The position numbers and the translations under genes are program-made. Below, in pieces: positions 52,914-63,200 of a stretch of 64,000 bases of DNA. Each line of letters opens with the position of its first letter. Within the stretch, counting starts at the first letter, position 1. The stretch is from contig OZ025799.1 in assembly GCA_964019425.1 (NCBI GenBank), positions 1,178,001-1,242,000 of the forward strand. Direction: 5' to 3'. The notes under the pieces are model-generated. The model ran no database searches. It was given only the letters and a program-made list of their open reading frames with translations, and had not been told where the DNA came from. The DNA is from Flectonema sp. DT1601 (lineage: Eukaryota).

Positions 52914-55172
52914 ATGCCTTCCGAAGACAAGAACACGGCATTTAGTAAGTTACCCCCCGATGGATTCACATCAATGGTGATGATGATTGACAAGGCTAGC
53001 TCTGGTAGTGACTCTGAGGATGAGTATTTGAATTGTAATAAAAAGTTGAAGAGAGCCTCTCCAATGAATAGACCTCGTGATTCTCAAACAGAAACGAGAG
53101 CGATGAAGGCAGCCTTAGCAATGTGCGGTAATGGACCATCACCACCTGATATCATTCAAATGATTGAAACTTGTAAAAATAGCATTCAAAGTAAAATGTA
53201 CTTATCAACTTCAATGAGTGTCCCACAAGCTGTGGAGATGCTCAGATGTTGTAAGGAAACTATTTATGAACTAATTCAAACAATTTATGAATACATCCCA
53301 ACTGATAAACATCGAACTCTTAAACAAGTTGGAAACAATAGTAAAGATATCAATAATCAACCAACCAGCACTGATGCATTTAGATTCGTTCCTCGAAGAA
53401 ATCAACCTCAACGCGATTCTTTGACTGTAAATGATACATCAAAGATACCAACCCCTCCACTTGGATCTGCTAAGTGTAGTCGTGATACTTCTCAAGAAGA
53501 TTTCCATAAAGTTAATTATGCCAGTAAAAGAAAGCAACTGGGACGAATGCTTGCTTCTCATAAAAGTGTCCAACTGGGGAAGTTGTTATCAGAAAAAGGC
53601 GGAGCGTTGCAATTTAATTCTTTTTCGATGAAGAAACCCAACGGAGTTGGAATTGCTTCTCAAACAGACCCGGAGTACCTCTCTCAGCAGGTCGTAGTTC
53701 AACATGAGATTCCAAAATTAGAAACAACAATCAGATCATTATCATCTGAGAACAATATTTTAAAACAAAAATTATCAACAGCGACATCTCACTTGGAAGC
53801 AAAATCGAGAGCTGTTTCTGATCTTCGAACAACTCTGTACAAAGAGATCTGTTTATTAAGAGAGCAGCTTGCAGCTGCTAAGAAACCCGTCAATGCATTA
53901 AAAAAAAGTAATAATTTAGAAGTTGTCTTTAGTATCATCGATAAAGCTATTCTTGGATTAGAGATACCCAACCCGACTACTGTTGGAGTTGGTCATCCGG
54001 TCCAGAGAATGATTGCGGCAGAAGCTGAAATAAATCGACTTAAAGAAGTTCATTCCAGTGAGAGACGTCATTTCATTAAAGAGCTGGTTAGGCATCAACA
54101 GCGGTTCAGATTAGTCATAGCTGAGAAAACTGTTCAAAATGACGACAAATCAAAAAAGAATTTCTGCCTCGATCACTATTACATTATTCAAGATTACGCG
54201 GAGACTCTCAGAGGTGATTTCAACGTCATGCAGGTGGGTGTTGAGAAGTACCTGGATGATTTCAGACAATGCCTTTCGGATTTTGCGGTTGAATTTGAAA
54301 AATTAGCGACGTCACTTGACGTGACTTCTGGCAGAATAAAGAAGTGCCGAGGACTGGAGGTGTTAAACTCTGGTGTGAATTCATTATTTAGTCCTTTATT
54401 CTCTCCTGAGTTCAGATGGAATGGTGGAATACATCCGTGGAATTATTATCAGTCAAAAGATCCGTTGCAAACATACATGAAAGAGGAGTTGGGAGAAGAA
54501 TTCTTAGAAACAGTCCAAGAAGAGTTGAATTACTTCACTTCATTGTATCCGAAAGTATTAACAGTAATTGGTATTAATCAAGATAAGATTGAAGTTAAGG
54601 GTGCCACTACAGGAAAGGAATTAGAAAATGAAATAACTGATTTAGTTTCATTTGACTTGCCATTGTCACTCAGCAAACAACTTCGAGACATGATGTCTGT
54701 CGATCGTCAGTTTGCTACTGAAATAGCTCGAAAGAACTTCATAAGGTGCGCTGTTCACATGTCTGTTCAGAATCTTCTCAGGCGGCTCAAAGAATCCGCC
54801 AAAAGCAGCGTCTCCACAACTCATTATCGACTGCAGCTGAAATCTTTTGATCGTAAAAATCTAATTTTGTCATCCGCCATCCGAAAACTAAAACGGGATC
54901 GTCACGAAGCCTCTTCGGCAATTGAGCAGGTCTGGGCAACTGTCAAAAGGGAAGGCTATACGAGAAAGGATGTGTATGCGCCTGCTACTCCGCCATCTCC
55001 TTCACGAGTGCCACAACCTCCTTCTCCTCCTCCTCCTCCTCCTCTTCCTCCGCCGCCTCCCCCTCCTCCGCCGCCTCCGCCTCAGCCTCTTCCTCCAGCT
55101 GCGGATGAGGAGCCAGCAAAGCCCCCGATACCAACAGTTGAAAACGATGTTGGGTTCGACGCTACGATATGA
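52914..55172 (+). CDS. Hypothetical coiled-coil protein with Pro-rich tail (752 aa)
   Basis: Long ORF after TTTCCCTTTTTTCTCAG acceptor; heptad-like stretches (KLETTIRSLSSENNILKQKL); C-terminal poly-Pro. Confidence 0.75.
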   Translation: MPSEDKNTAFSKLPPDGFTSMVMMIDKASSGSDSEDEYLNCNKKLKRASPMNRPRDSQTETRAMKAALAMCGNGPSPPDIIQMIETCKNSIQSKMYLSTSMSVPQAVEMLRCCKETIYELIQTIYEYIPTDKHRTLKQVGNNSKDINNQPTSTDAFRFVPRRNQPQRDSLTVNDTSKIPTPPLGSAKCSRDTSQEDFHKVNYASKRKQLGRMLASHKSVQLGKLLSEKGGALQFNSFSMKKPNGVGIASQTDPEYLSQQVVVQHEIPKLETTIRSLSSENNILKQKLSTATSHLEAKSRAVSDLRTTLYKEICLLREQLAAAKKPVNALKKSNNLEVVFSIIDKAILGLEIPNPTTVGVGHPVQRMIAAEAEINRLKEVHSSERRHFIKELVRHQQRFRLVIAEKTVQNDDKSKKNFCLDHYYIIQDYAETLRGDFNVMQVGVEKYLDDFRQCLSDFAVEFEKLATSLDVTSGRIKKCRGLEVLNSGVNSLFSPLFSPEFRWNGGIHPWNYYQSKDPLQTYMKEELGEEFLETVQEELNYFTSLYPKVLTVIGINQDKIEVKGATTGKELENEITDLVSFDLPLSLSKQLRDMMSVDRQFATEIARKNFIRCAVHMSVQNLLRRLKESAKSSVSTTHYRLQLKSFDRKNLILSSAIRKLKRDRHEASSAIEQVWATVKREGYTRKDVYAPATPPSPSRVPQPPSPPPPPPLPPPPPPPPPPPPQPLPPAADEEPAKPPIPTVENDVGFDATI

Positions 55173-55534
55173 TTATGGTTGTGGTTGTAGTATCACTACT
55201 TAGTTTAGTTCCTTTTGACTATCGTTGAGGGTTTTTTTGTTTCCATTAGACCCCTGCCTGCTTTACAGCATTAGTTCTCAGTTACACGTTCTGTTTACGG
55301 ACCGGTATTTGTGTTGTTCGGCGAAATATATTTCAGCCTTCCTTACGCCAGAAAGAGTTCAAACTTATGCCAGCTGATTCTTGTTGTTACTGTTAAGTCA
55401 AAATAAATAAGAATCATCCCACGTGAGGGTAAATTAGCAACAATTTTGTTAGTTTTTTTAATTATTAATTTCGTTGCAGAGGGAGGGAAGGAAGGAGTGT
55501 CTGTGTGTGTTGGGAAGTAGTTGGGGAGGGGAAG

Positions 55535-56899
55535 ATGGCTACCCAACTCCCATTCATCCCCGCAAACCATTTTCCGATTAAGAAAAGATGTGCGAGTGTA
55601 GATTCAGCAGTCGTTAGTTTACCGTACTTGGGGATGCCATTCAGACCCCCGAGTAGCGATAGGAGTAGAGAGGTTAGATTATCAGAACTTGACTCGGTGA
55701 GGAAACAATTAGAAAACCAACTCAATAGCATTTCGAAAACGATTGTTTTGTTAGAAAAACTTCCAAAACCTCCAGCAGTAAAGCCTCATCATATTGATCC
55801 GAGAAGACTTCCGTCTGTGAAGAATCAAAACAAAGTTAACTTTGACAGGGAATTGTTTTATTCAGAATCGAGTAATCACATCTCAGAAAAGTTTGAAGTA
55901 ATTGACCCATCAGAAATATCAGATTCTCAAAGTATCGTTCCAGTCTCAGCGTCAGATATTGATTCCAGTCATGAGAGTGAAGTCAGTCAACGACATCCAC
56001 TTCTTGGAATTGATCGGCTGATCGGAAAGTCACCTTCACTTCTTCATGGTCTTCAAACTCTTAGAATGGTCTACCGAAATGAATCAATGCCTTCTATTGA
56101 TGGTTTACCCTCGTTAGTTTATCTACTGAAAGTATCCAGACAGACATCATATGCTGAAGATAGAGTCTTTCACGGACTTTTAAAAATTGAAAAACTTTTC
56201 TCGAACTCAGTGGTGACATTAAATTCAAGCTACTCGACTACTCCAGAAACTAATTACAAATGGAAGGTGTCAAAATTTGGTTATTCTTTGTATGAAAAAG
56301 CTTGGTCAAAACCACCCTCTGGACATATTCACATCCGACAATTACTATCAACTTGCAGTGGTATGCAAAATGGAAACAATTACGTCAATACAATTGCTTT
56401 AGCAGGTATAGTTGGAGCTGGTTTAAGGACAAGTAATAATCTTATGAAAGGATTGTTGTCAAGGCAGGCCACTCCAGCGGGGGTCGTAAAGTTCCGAGTC
56501 GGGACGTATGTTCGAATCAACAGGGGAGAGAAGAATGAAATATTTAAAATCGATTCTTCGAACAGGAATTCAAATAATAATAATTTTGAAATCGGATACA
56601 CGACAACCAATCTGACAAGACCTCCTCCAACACCCCCAACGTTCCCGGCAGTCATGAGAAGTATTCCTCCTCCACGAGTGAGATATTTACGAAGTCAAAA
56701 CACTTCTGATTATGTTGCAGTTAAAAAGAAACGTCCTCGGAGAAAGCGGACGGCAGCCGCAGCCGATGGGTTCATAACGGCTGCACCCCCTCGTGAAAAG
56801 ACTCCGTCAGTGTCTGAGTCAGACAGCGATAACTTTAATAGAGTTCGATTCATAACAAGCCTGTTACCAAAAAGGAGTTATATGAGTTTACTGCTGTAG
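55535..56899 (+). CDS. Hypothetical protein (~454 aa)
   Basis: First in-frame ATG of the 55505 ORF is at 55535; largely low-complexity; no family recognised. Confidence 0.65.
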   Translation: MATQLPFIPANHFPIKKRCASVDSAVVSLPYLGMPFRPPSSDRSREVRLSELDSVRKQLENQLNSISKTIVLLEKLPKPPAVKPHHIDPRRLPSVKNQNKVNFDRELFYSESSNHISEKFEVIDPSEISDSQSIVPVSASDIDSSHESEVSQRHPLLGIDRLIGKSPSLLHGLQTLRMVYRNESMPSIDGLPSLVYLLKVSRQTSYAEDRVFHGLLKIEKLFSNSVVTLNSSYSTTPETNYKWKVSKFGYSLYEKAWSKPPSGHIHIRQLLSTCSGMQNGNNYVNTIALAGIVGAGLRTSNNLMKGLLSRQATPAGVVKFRVGTYVRINRGEKNEIFKIDSSNRNSNNNNFEIGYTTTNLTRPPPTPPTFPAVMRSIPPPRVRYLRSQNTSDYVAVKKKRPRRKRTAAAADGFITAAPPREKTPSVSESDSDNFNRVRFITSLLPKRSYMSLLL

Positions 56900-57293
56900 T
56901 CAAATCACTGCAATGGAAAAACTTTCAGTACTTCAATAGCTGTTTCTAATTACAAATAACAACCAGTTAGACAGAACTGCTGTTCTTATCCTTCCAATAC
57001 AACTAGCATATCGAATACCGGCTTTTTTATTTGCTGCTTTTTTTTTTTTTTTTACCCTCCTTGGTGCTGTATTGGCTGCTGGCACTAAGGTTTTTCTAAA
57101 AAAAAAAAAAAAAATGATTAAATTTTCTATTTTACTTTTTATCAAACGCATTCTCATAAAGAACCTTTACAGTTTCTGGAGATCTATTGTTAGTTAAATT
57201 TCTGTGTTTTTTTTTTTTTTTAAAACGGTTCCAAAATACTTTAATTTTCTATTCATATAAAAAAACAAGAGAGAGGAAGTCTCACAACATAAA

Positions 57294-59252
57294 ATGAAGT
57301 CCACTGATATTGGGAACAGACGTGATGAGGGCTGGTCTCCAACACAACAGGGAGTACTTCAGGTTCAGATGGCTATGGAATTAGATGACCCAGAGAAGGC
57401 ATTGGGATTACAAGAAGATCAAATCAGAACAATATATCAAAAATATTATCGAGATGAGATCAGTCCAATTCGTCAACAGAGAGCCAGTTTTGATCCAAAA
57501 CACCAACCTGGTGGATACTTAGGAGAGATGATGAACATTGATAAGGAAAAACGTGAACTTGGAATGCTCATCGATGGAGAACCTGAACACCTCTATCCTC
57601 CAATACCGGAGGGTCCTGACTTCGACATCGTCTCAAAAGAAGGTTCCATAAGCTCGAGTGCTAAACCAGACGCTGATTATGAAATAATGAGAGATCATTA
57701 CCTCAAAAAGGGAAGTGTTACACAACACCAAACACATTCATGGCATATCAGTCTTTGTATGATTTTAGTTGGTTTTGTCTCGACAGGTTTCGCATCATTC
57801 ACCGTCCACTGGAGACGAGATGGATGTTTATTATATAAATTAACTGTTTTAGAAGGAATTCATGTTCACTGTTGTACTCAAGACTACTACCATAGAGAAG
57901 TTGAGAATCTTCTAACTGCACATCGCCTTGGCTATGCTCCACAATATGAAGCCCCAGAATACAAAGACCAAGAACCACAGCACTGTACTAATATCGCTGC
58001 TTGGAAATCAGGAGACGCCAAAACAGCTCATTTCATGGCTATATTCTTTACTGTTGCAGGGCTTTTGGCGAGAATTGCAGCAGTTTCGGCTTATTTGATG
58101 GGAAAGTCTGGGAAAAAATATTTTCCTCACCTCGCTCTAGCCTGTTCCTTTATTGGTCTACTCTGTATAATAGGTTACGTCATAACCTGGAATGGAGCTG
58201 CGCTCGTAGCTGGGCCTGCCTTGTGGTTTGTCGGAGTGCAAATGGGAGTTGATTTCATGGCATACTTCTCAACTAAAAGTAGTACTCGTTTAAACTCTCA
58301 CAATGAAAAAACAACATTAATGGAAAACGCTTCCAGAGGATGGAGGGAAATGCCTCGAAGGGTGAAACTGGTTTATTTTATTCACCTAATCGGATGGTTT
58401 GCAATAATTATAATTTTAATGGCTCCTTGGAAAGCAGACAGAGTTTGCAAAGAAAATTCCGACAACGACTTTCCAAGAGCGTTTTTTGCCCCAAGCACTA
58501 ATACCTGCTGCACGTTGTGGTATGTTATGTATAGCAGTTCAACATGCCCTGAGGGAGGTGATGTTGTTTTCAACTGGGCAAGACCAAAATGGGTTTGGGC
58601 ATCAATCATCACTCTCTTATGCTACATAGCTTCGATAATTGTTCAAGGCTTTGCTACTTACTATGGATGGTTCAAACCTGTTCGATTCCCAAAAACAGCT
58701 TTAGCATCTGGCTACCTTCGAATAGCTGCAATATTCTTATTTGGATTACTAACCAGCACTCCAGACACTTACTACACTGGTGCTTTCATTGCTAGCGCTG
58801 CTTATGAAGTTGGGCATGTTTTGTTATTGCATTCTCTGTACATGAAATACTACACTCAATTGTGTAGTGGTGAGTTCGATGCGAGAAGAAAGGATCCACA
58901 TACTAAAAAAGAAGAAGAAGGAGAAGAGCATAAAGCTCGTCCAATAATCACAACAAAACCAGTAGCCAGAAGAGTTAACTTTTTAGGTAAAGGATTCATA
59001 AGATCTCAAAACACAACTTCTGCTGTTCCTCCTCCGAAATTACCTCCGTCATCGAAGGGAGATGATCCAGCGATGGTCATCACTGCACCTTCACAGTTTC
59101 TTTATCCGTCTCCGGAAAAACGGAAATCCATTCTGACTCCTGCTGCGACGACGTTGACAGCGACAGTTGGATCTGGTCGACAGCCGAGTGTTTCACATCA
59201 AGTTGTTGATATTGATTGGAATAGTAATCCAATTGAAGCAGAGTTTAGATGA
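57294..59252 (+). CDS. Multi-pass membrane protein with two tandem ~4-TM modules (652 aa)
   Basis: Two blocks each with TM, W(R/K)..C....CCT loop, then three more hydrophobic helices; hydrophilic termini. Confidence 0.75.
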   Translation: MKSTDIGNRRDEGWSPTQQGVLQVQMAMELDDPEKALGLQEDQIRTIYQKYYRDEISPIRQQRASFDPKHQPGGYLGEMMNIDKEKRELGMLIDGEPEHLYPPIPEGPDFDIVSKEGSISSSAKPDADYEIMRDHYLKKGSVTQHQTHSWHISLCMILVGFVSTGFASFTVHWRRDGCLLYKLTVLEGIHVHCCTQDYYHREVENLLTAHRLGYAPQYEAPEYKDQEPQHCTNIAAWKSGDAKTAHFMAIFFTVAGLLARIAAVSAYLMGKSGKKYFPHLALACSFIGLLCIIGYVITWNGAALVAGPALWFVGVQMGVDFMAYFSTKSSTRLNSHNEKTTLMENASRGWREMPRRVKLVYFIHLIGWFAIIIILMAPWKADRVCKENSDNDFPRAFFAPSTNTCCTLWYVMYSSSTCPEGGDVVFNWARPKWVWASIITLLCYIASIIVQGFATYYGWFKPVRFPKTALASGYLRIAAIFLFGLLTSTPDTYYTGAFIASAAYEVGHVLLLHSLYMKYYTQLCSGEFDARRKDPHTKKEEEGEEHKARPIITTKPVARRVNFLGKGFIRSQNTTSAVPPPKLPPSSKGDDPAMVITAPSQFLYPSPEKRKSILTPAATTLTATVGSGRQPSVSHQVVDIDWNSNPIEAEFR

Positions 59253-59586
59253 AATTAATATTCCGACGGGAGACATATCCAATCGGGATATACTTCTCCG
59301 TACACCTGTCTGTTGTTGTTTCGTATTTTTCTTTTTAGAATTACAACACTCCCACTCCTCTGCAGTGGAAATAGACTTAGAAACCCTTTTAGATAATTAT
59401 TACTTGAAATCGTTTATCTTGGGAGGTAACTTTTTTTTGTTTTCTTCCTTTATCAGATTACTAATTAAAAATATGATTTGAGAGCCGTTTCTGTTTTGCA
59501 TCAATATTCCAATTTTCTTTTGTAAAATAATCAACCACTCCTCCCCCTCACAGATAAGATAACAAATACATAACTAACCTCCTCTA

Positions 59587-59763
59587 ATGGTACATCACGA
59601 ACCTGAAAGTCACATCTGGGGTGCTATTGGTGTATTAATATTTGCGATGGGACTTGGAGCTGTTTGGTTAAAAGTAATGAACAGATTCTGTGGAGTGAAT
59701 GCTTCTCTTGATAATGATCCAATGTACAAAAGACACATTAGGAAGTACAGAAAGATTGATTAA
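59587..59763 (+). CDS. Predicted 58-aa single-pass membrane microprotein (absent from the ORF track)
   Basis: MVHHEPESHIWGAIGVLIFAMGLGAVWLKVMNRFCGVNASLDNDPMYKRHIRKYRKID*; first ATG after CTCCTCCCCCTCACAG acceptor (AG ends 59553). Confidence 0.65.
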   Translation: MVHHEPESHIWGAIGVLIFAMGLGAVWLKVMNRFCGVNASLDNDPMYKRHIRKYRKID

Positions 59764-60215
59764 GAGGTTCTGAAGCCTAATGCTTCTCCCACGTCACACT
59801 TGTGAAAATTCACCCATTTTGGGGGCACTCAGCAGAGTAGCTTTTTCTGTACAGCCGCCGGTCGTGTGGAGTTTATCTTGGAAAGGGAGTCAACACAAAA
59901 AAAAAAAAAAGGAACTTTTTCCCTTTCAGTCTCTCTCACTGACATCATTGTACATCATTGTTAATAATATGAATTCTGACTTGGTTTTGAAAAAATCGAC
60001 GTGAAAATTTGGTCGGTTGCTTCTGAGTCGAAGCAGCTCAGTGAGAGTGCGGAGAGGGGGAAAAAAAAAAAACAAAAAAAAAAAAACAAGAGAATAAAGA
60101 AATAAAGACTTGCTTATAGATTATTTCCCTTTCAGATTGACTTTCCTTTCGTTGTGTGTCTCTTCACTTCACTTCACTTTACTTTACTTCCATCCTTCAG
60201 TGCTGTTATGATTGA

Positions 60216-63200
60216 ATGCCGTCAAGATTTTTATCACAAAACTTACTTCTACTGATTTCAGAGTACAGCGATTGGAAGACTCGTCGACTGCTGCCTCTGA
60301 TTGGAACTGACTGGAAACTAATATGTTGTGATTGTGATTGGGAGAAAGCTTTTTATAAAACTCACGGATGTCTTGCCCAACAATTGTTACAAATTGACGG
60401 TAAGATGAAATGGTTTGGAAGGATAATTGTGGCCGACTGTTTATCGAGTGAAGACTCCTACTCAATTCTATTCGAAGTAAGTGATCTGTTGAACTCAAAG
60501 TGGCAGCGACATATTTTCCATTCTGACAGTGCGATTGATCACTTAGTAAGTTTGTCGTCCAGACTTAATTTAATAAAACAAAACACCTCATTCTTACCAA
60601 CGTCTTGTATTGATATTATATCGAAGTCCATCAAGGATGTTGAGTTCATGAGTAAATTAATTCCGTATGTCGATCTCTGGGCTTCCAGTAATCACGATCT
60701 CGCAACACTTGAAAAATCCTATCTCACCAATGTTGGAATCGTTGGGTTGATTTCACTACGAGAATGTCAATCTGCTCTACTGGTGACACTTCAGGAAGTT
60801 ATTAATAAAGTTATCGGAAGGGTTATGCAAGATACGAAAACAGATGTAAGTTGTGTTAGTAATCTACAACAATCATCTTTAAAAGAGTTAATAGAAGTAG
60901 GAATTCATCACCACAGTGAAATATATTCCAATGCATGGAATGAAATTAAGAATATGATGCACCTGTCAAACAGACTAGCAACAGCCATGAGTACCGACAT
61001 AACATTTCCAGCATCGCAGGTGATATCAAAATCGGGTTCCATAGACGCAACCAAATCAGATGAGTTCGTTAAAATTCTTGAGGGAGTTCGAGAAAAACTA
61101 TTACCGCTAAAGGGAAACATTCTTAATTACATAATAGAACCTTGGGAAACAGATCTTAAGCTTGTCATTGGCTCTATAAGAAATTTAAGAACAGTAGTCG
61201 AATGTCTGTCTCAGGCACAACGTTATTATCAAAAAGACTTTGTTTGTCAACAGTATCCTAAAGATGCGGAGTTTTTTAGTTGTATTTGGGAAAGTTATGT
61301 TTCATGGATCACATTATCAAGTGATACGGAAACCTTTTACGATTGTTGTTTAAAAAAGTACAGCGGACCAGAGTTGGGGAAATTCAAAGACCAAGTTGAT
61401 GAACTTGACCTCTTGCATGTTGTCACCGCGAGTATATCTTGTCCTCAGTCGTTCTTTTTTGAAATTGAAGATGTTCGTCGAAACTTATTAATGCCACCGA
61501 CAGTTGAAGAGATTCCACTCCCAGTAATTCACAGAGCGTTGCCATTCTTTGAAAGAAGACCTCTTCAATTCAAAACCATCTCGACATCTGATCCGACAGT
61601 CAGTCAAATTATTTGTCAAACAAAAGACGTCTCTTTCTCTGATCCACTTCTGATTGCAAACGGACCAGTTCCTTTAGAAGAAGTTAGCAAAGATTTCCTC
61701 TGGTCGATTGGAGGGGTAATCCAAAATAGAGTTCATTCGATATCAGACAAGTACGCAGAGGGTGTGTTTTTGGTTTTTTTCCCCTTTTCTTTTGAAGTAG
61801 TATTAGCAAAGAAAAAAAAACAAGAAAACAGGTACCAGTTTTTATAATACGGCTCCTTTATGGGTTAGTCAAATATCGCACTCTTTAAGAAGAGATTGTC
61901 ACAAGAGTTTAACATCTCTGTTTGAAAAAGTAAATGAGACGTCGTCTGATAGCAGTGATTGGTTTATCGACAGGCTTGCTGAAATCAAACATCAGTGCCC
62001 ACGTCAGATCGCTGCTGCTATTTGGTGTACCTACTTAATAAACGACTCGTTCTCTACTCCTCCTACTCAAAACCTTAATCACATATCAGACCAGTTCACT
62101 TTCCTCGCATCTCACTACCGCCATCGATGTCTCTCTTTATCAGATCAATCTAGTGATGTCTCCCCTGTTTTTGATTACTATCGCAGACATGTTCTGAACA
62201 TGCTCCAGTTCGATTCTGTCGAAGATCAATTTTCTGAGTATGAGAATATTCTCAGATATCATGTTGAGAGTAATCCCTTGGGAGGATCTTTGAACTGTTT
62301 GAGATTGGAGGTGGGGAGTACGGCGGGTATTCGATTTGCTTGTTCGGTGTTGGGATCGTCTTTTGGTTCATTTCACTCTTGTGGGTTGATTACTGTTGAG
62401 AATATTTTGAAAAGGTTGTGTGCTAATCCGCTCACCAATGCCAAAATTCTTTGCTTGGAATTGGAGAAGGGAAACCCCGTCTCAGGTCAAGATGCTATTC
62501 CAATAGAAATTATAACATCTGTTTTGTGTTCCTCTCTTGGAATGAACTGTCAGATTGTCGACTGCAAACATCAGACGTCAGAATCTCTTGTTCGGTCATT
62601 TGTTGCTTGTTCAGCGTCCGGAAGGATGTTAGTTTTGAAAGGAATAAATCTAATACCAACATCACTCTCTCCTTTACTGCAGTCGTGTGTTGTCTCTCTC
62701 TCTGAGTCAGAAAGAAAAGGATGGACGACTATTACGAAATGGGCAAGTTGGCCAATTCAAAACATGCCGGCATCTGAAAATGTCGGATACTCAACTCGAC
62801 CAGTTGTTGTTGCGACTCTCGAAGAGGACCAAACAAACGGTTTGTACAAAAAAGGATCATTTCCTCTGGACTACGATGACGCAGAGGCTCTCGAAGCAAT
62901 AGTCCCCTGGGAGATTGTTGAGTATTTATCTCTGCTGTGGATTCCTGTTGAGAGGGTCGAATCGTTTATTTCATGTCAATTAAATTTAAATGGAATCTCA
63001 TGTAGTGTGACAGACGTTGAGAGTGTTTGGTGTCCATTATTAAAAACTCTTAATTCCCTTCCAAGAGGAGGATTTAGTTTTCAACAAGCGTACCTGTCAA
63101 TTCTTCATCACTTGAACTCATCTACTAAATATACTTTTGAATCACTCATCTCGATGATGAAAGATATTTCTGTTAAGAATCCAAACTGCCTCAGACAATC

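Noticed and set aside
57168..57178. TACAGTTTCTG resembling part of a euglenozoan spliced leader
   Set aside because: Only 11 nt; flanks do not match and no SL donor follows.
62451..62902. ORF-track ORFs 62451..62705 (GIGEGKP, P-loop-like) and 62687..62902
   Set aside because: Out of frame with the long stop-free dynein-like exon; the P-loop resemblance is coincidental.
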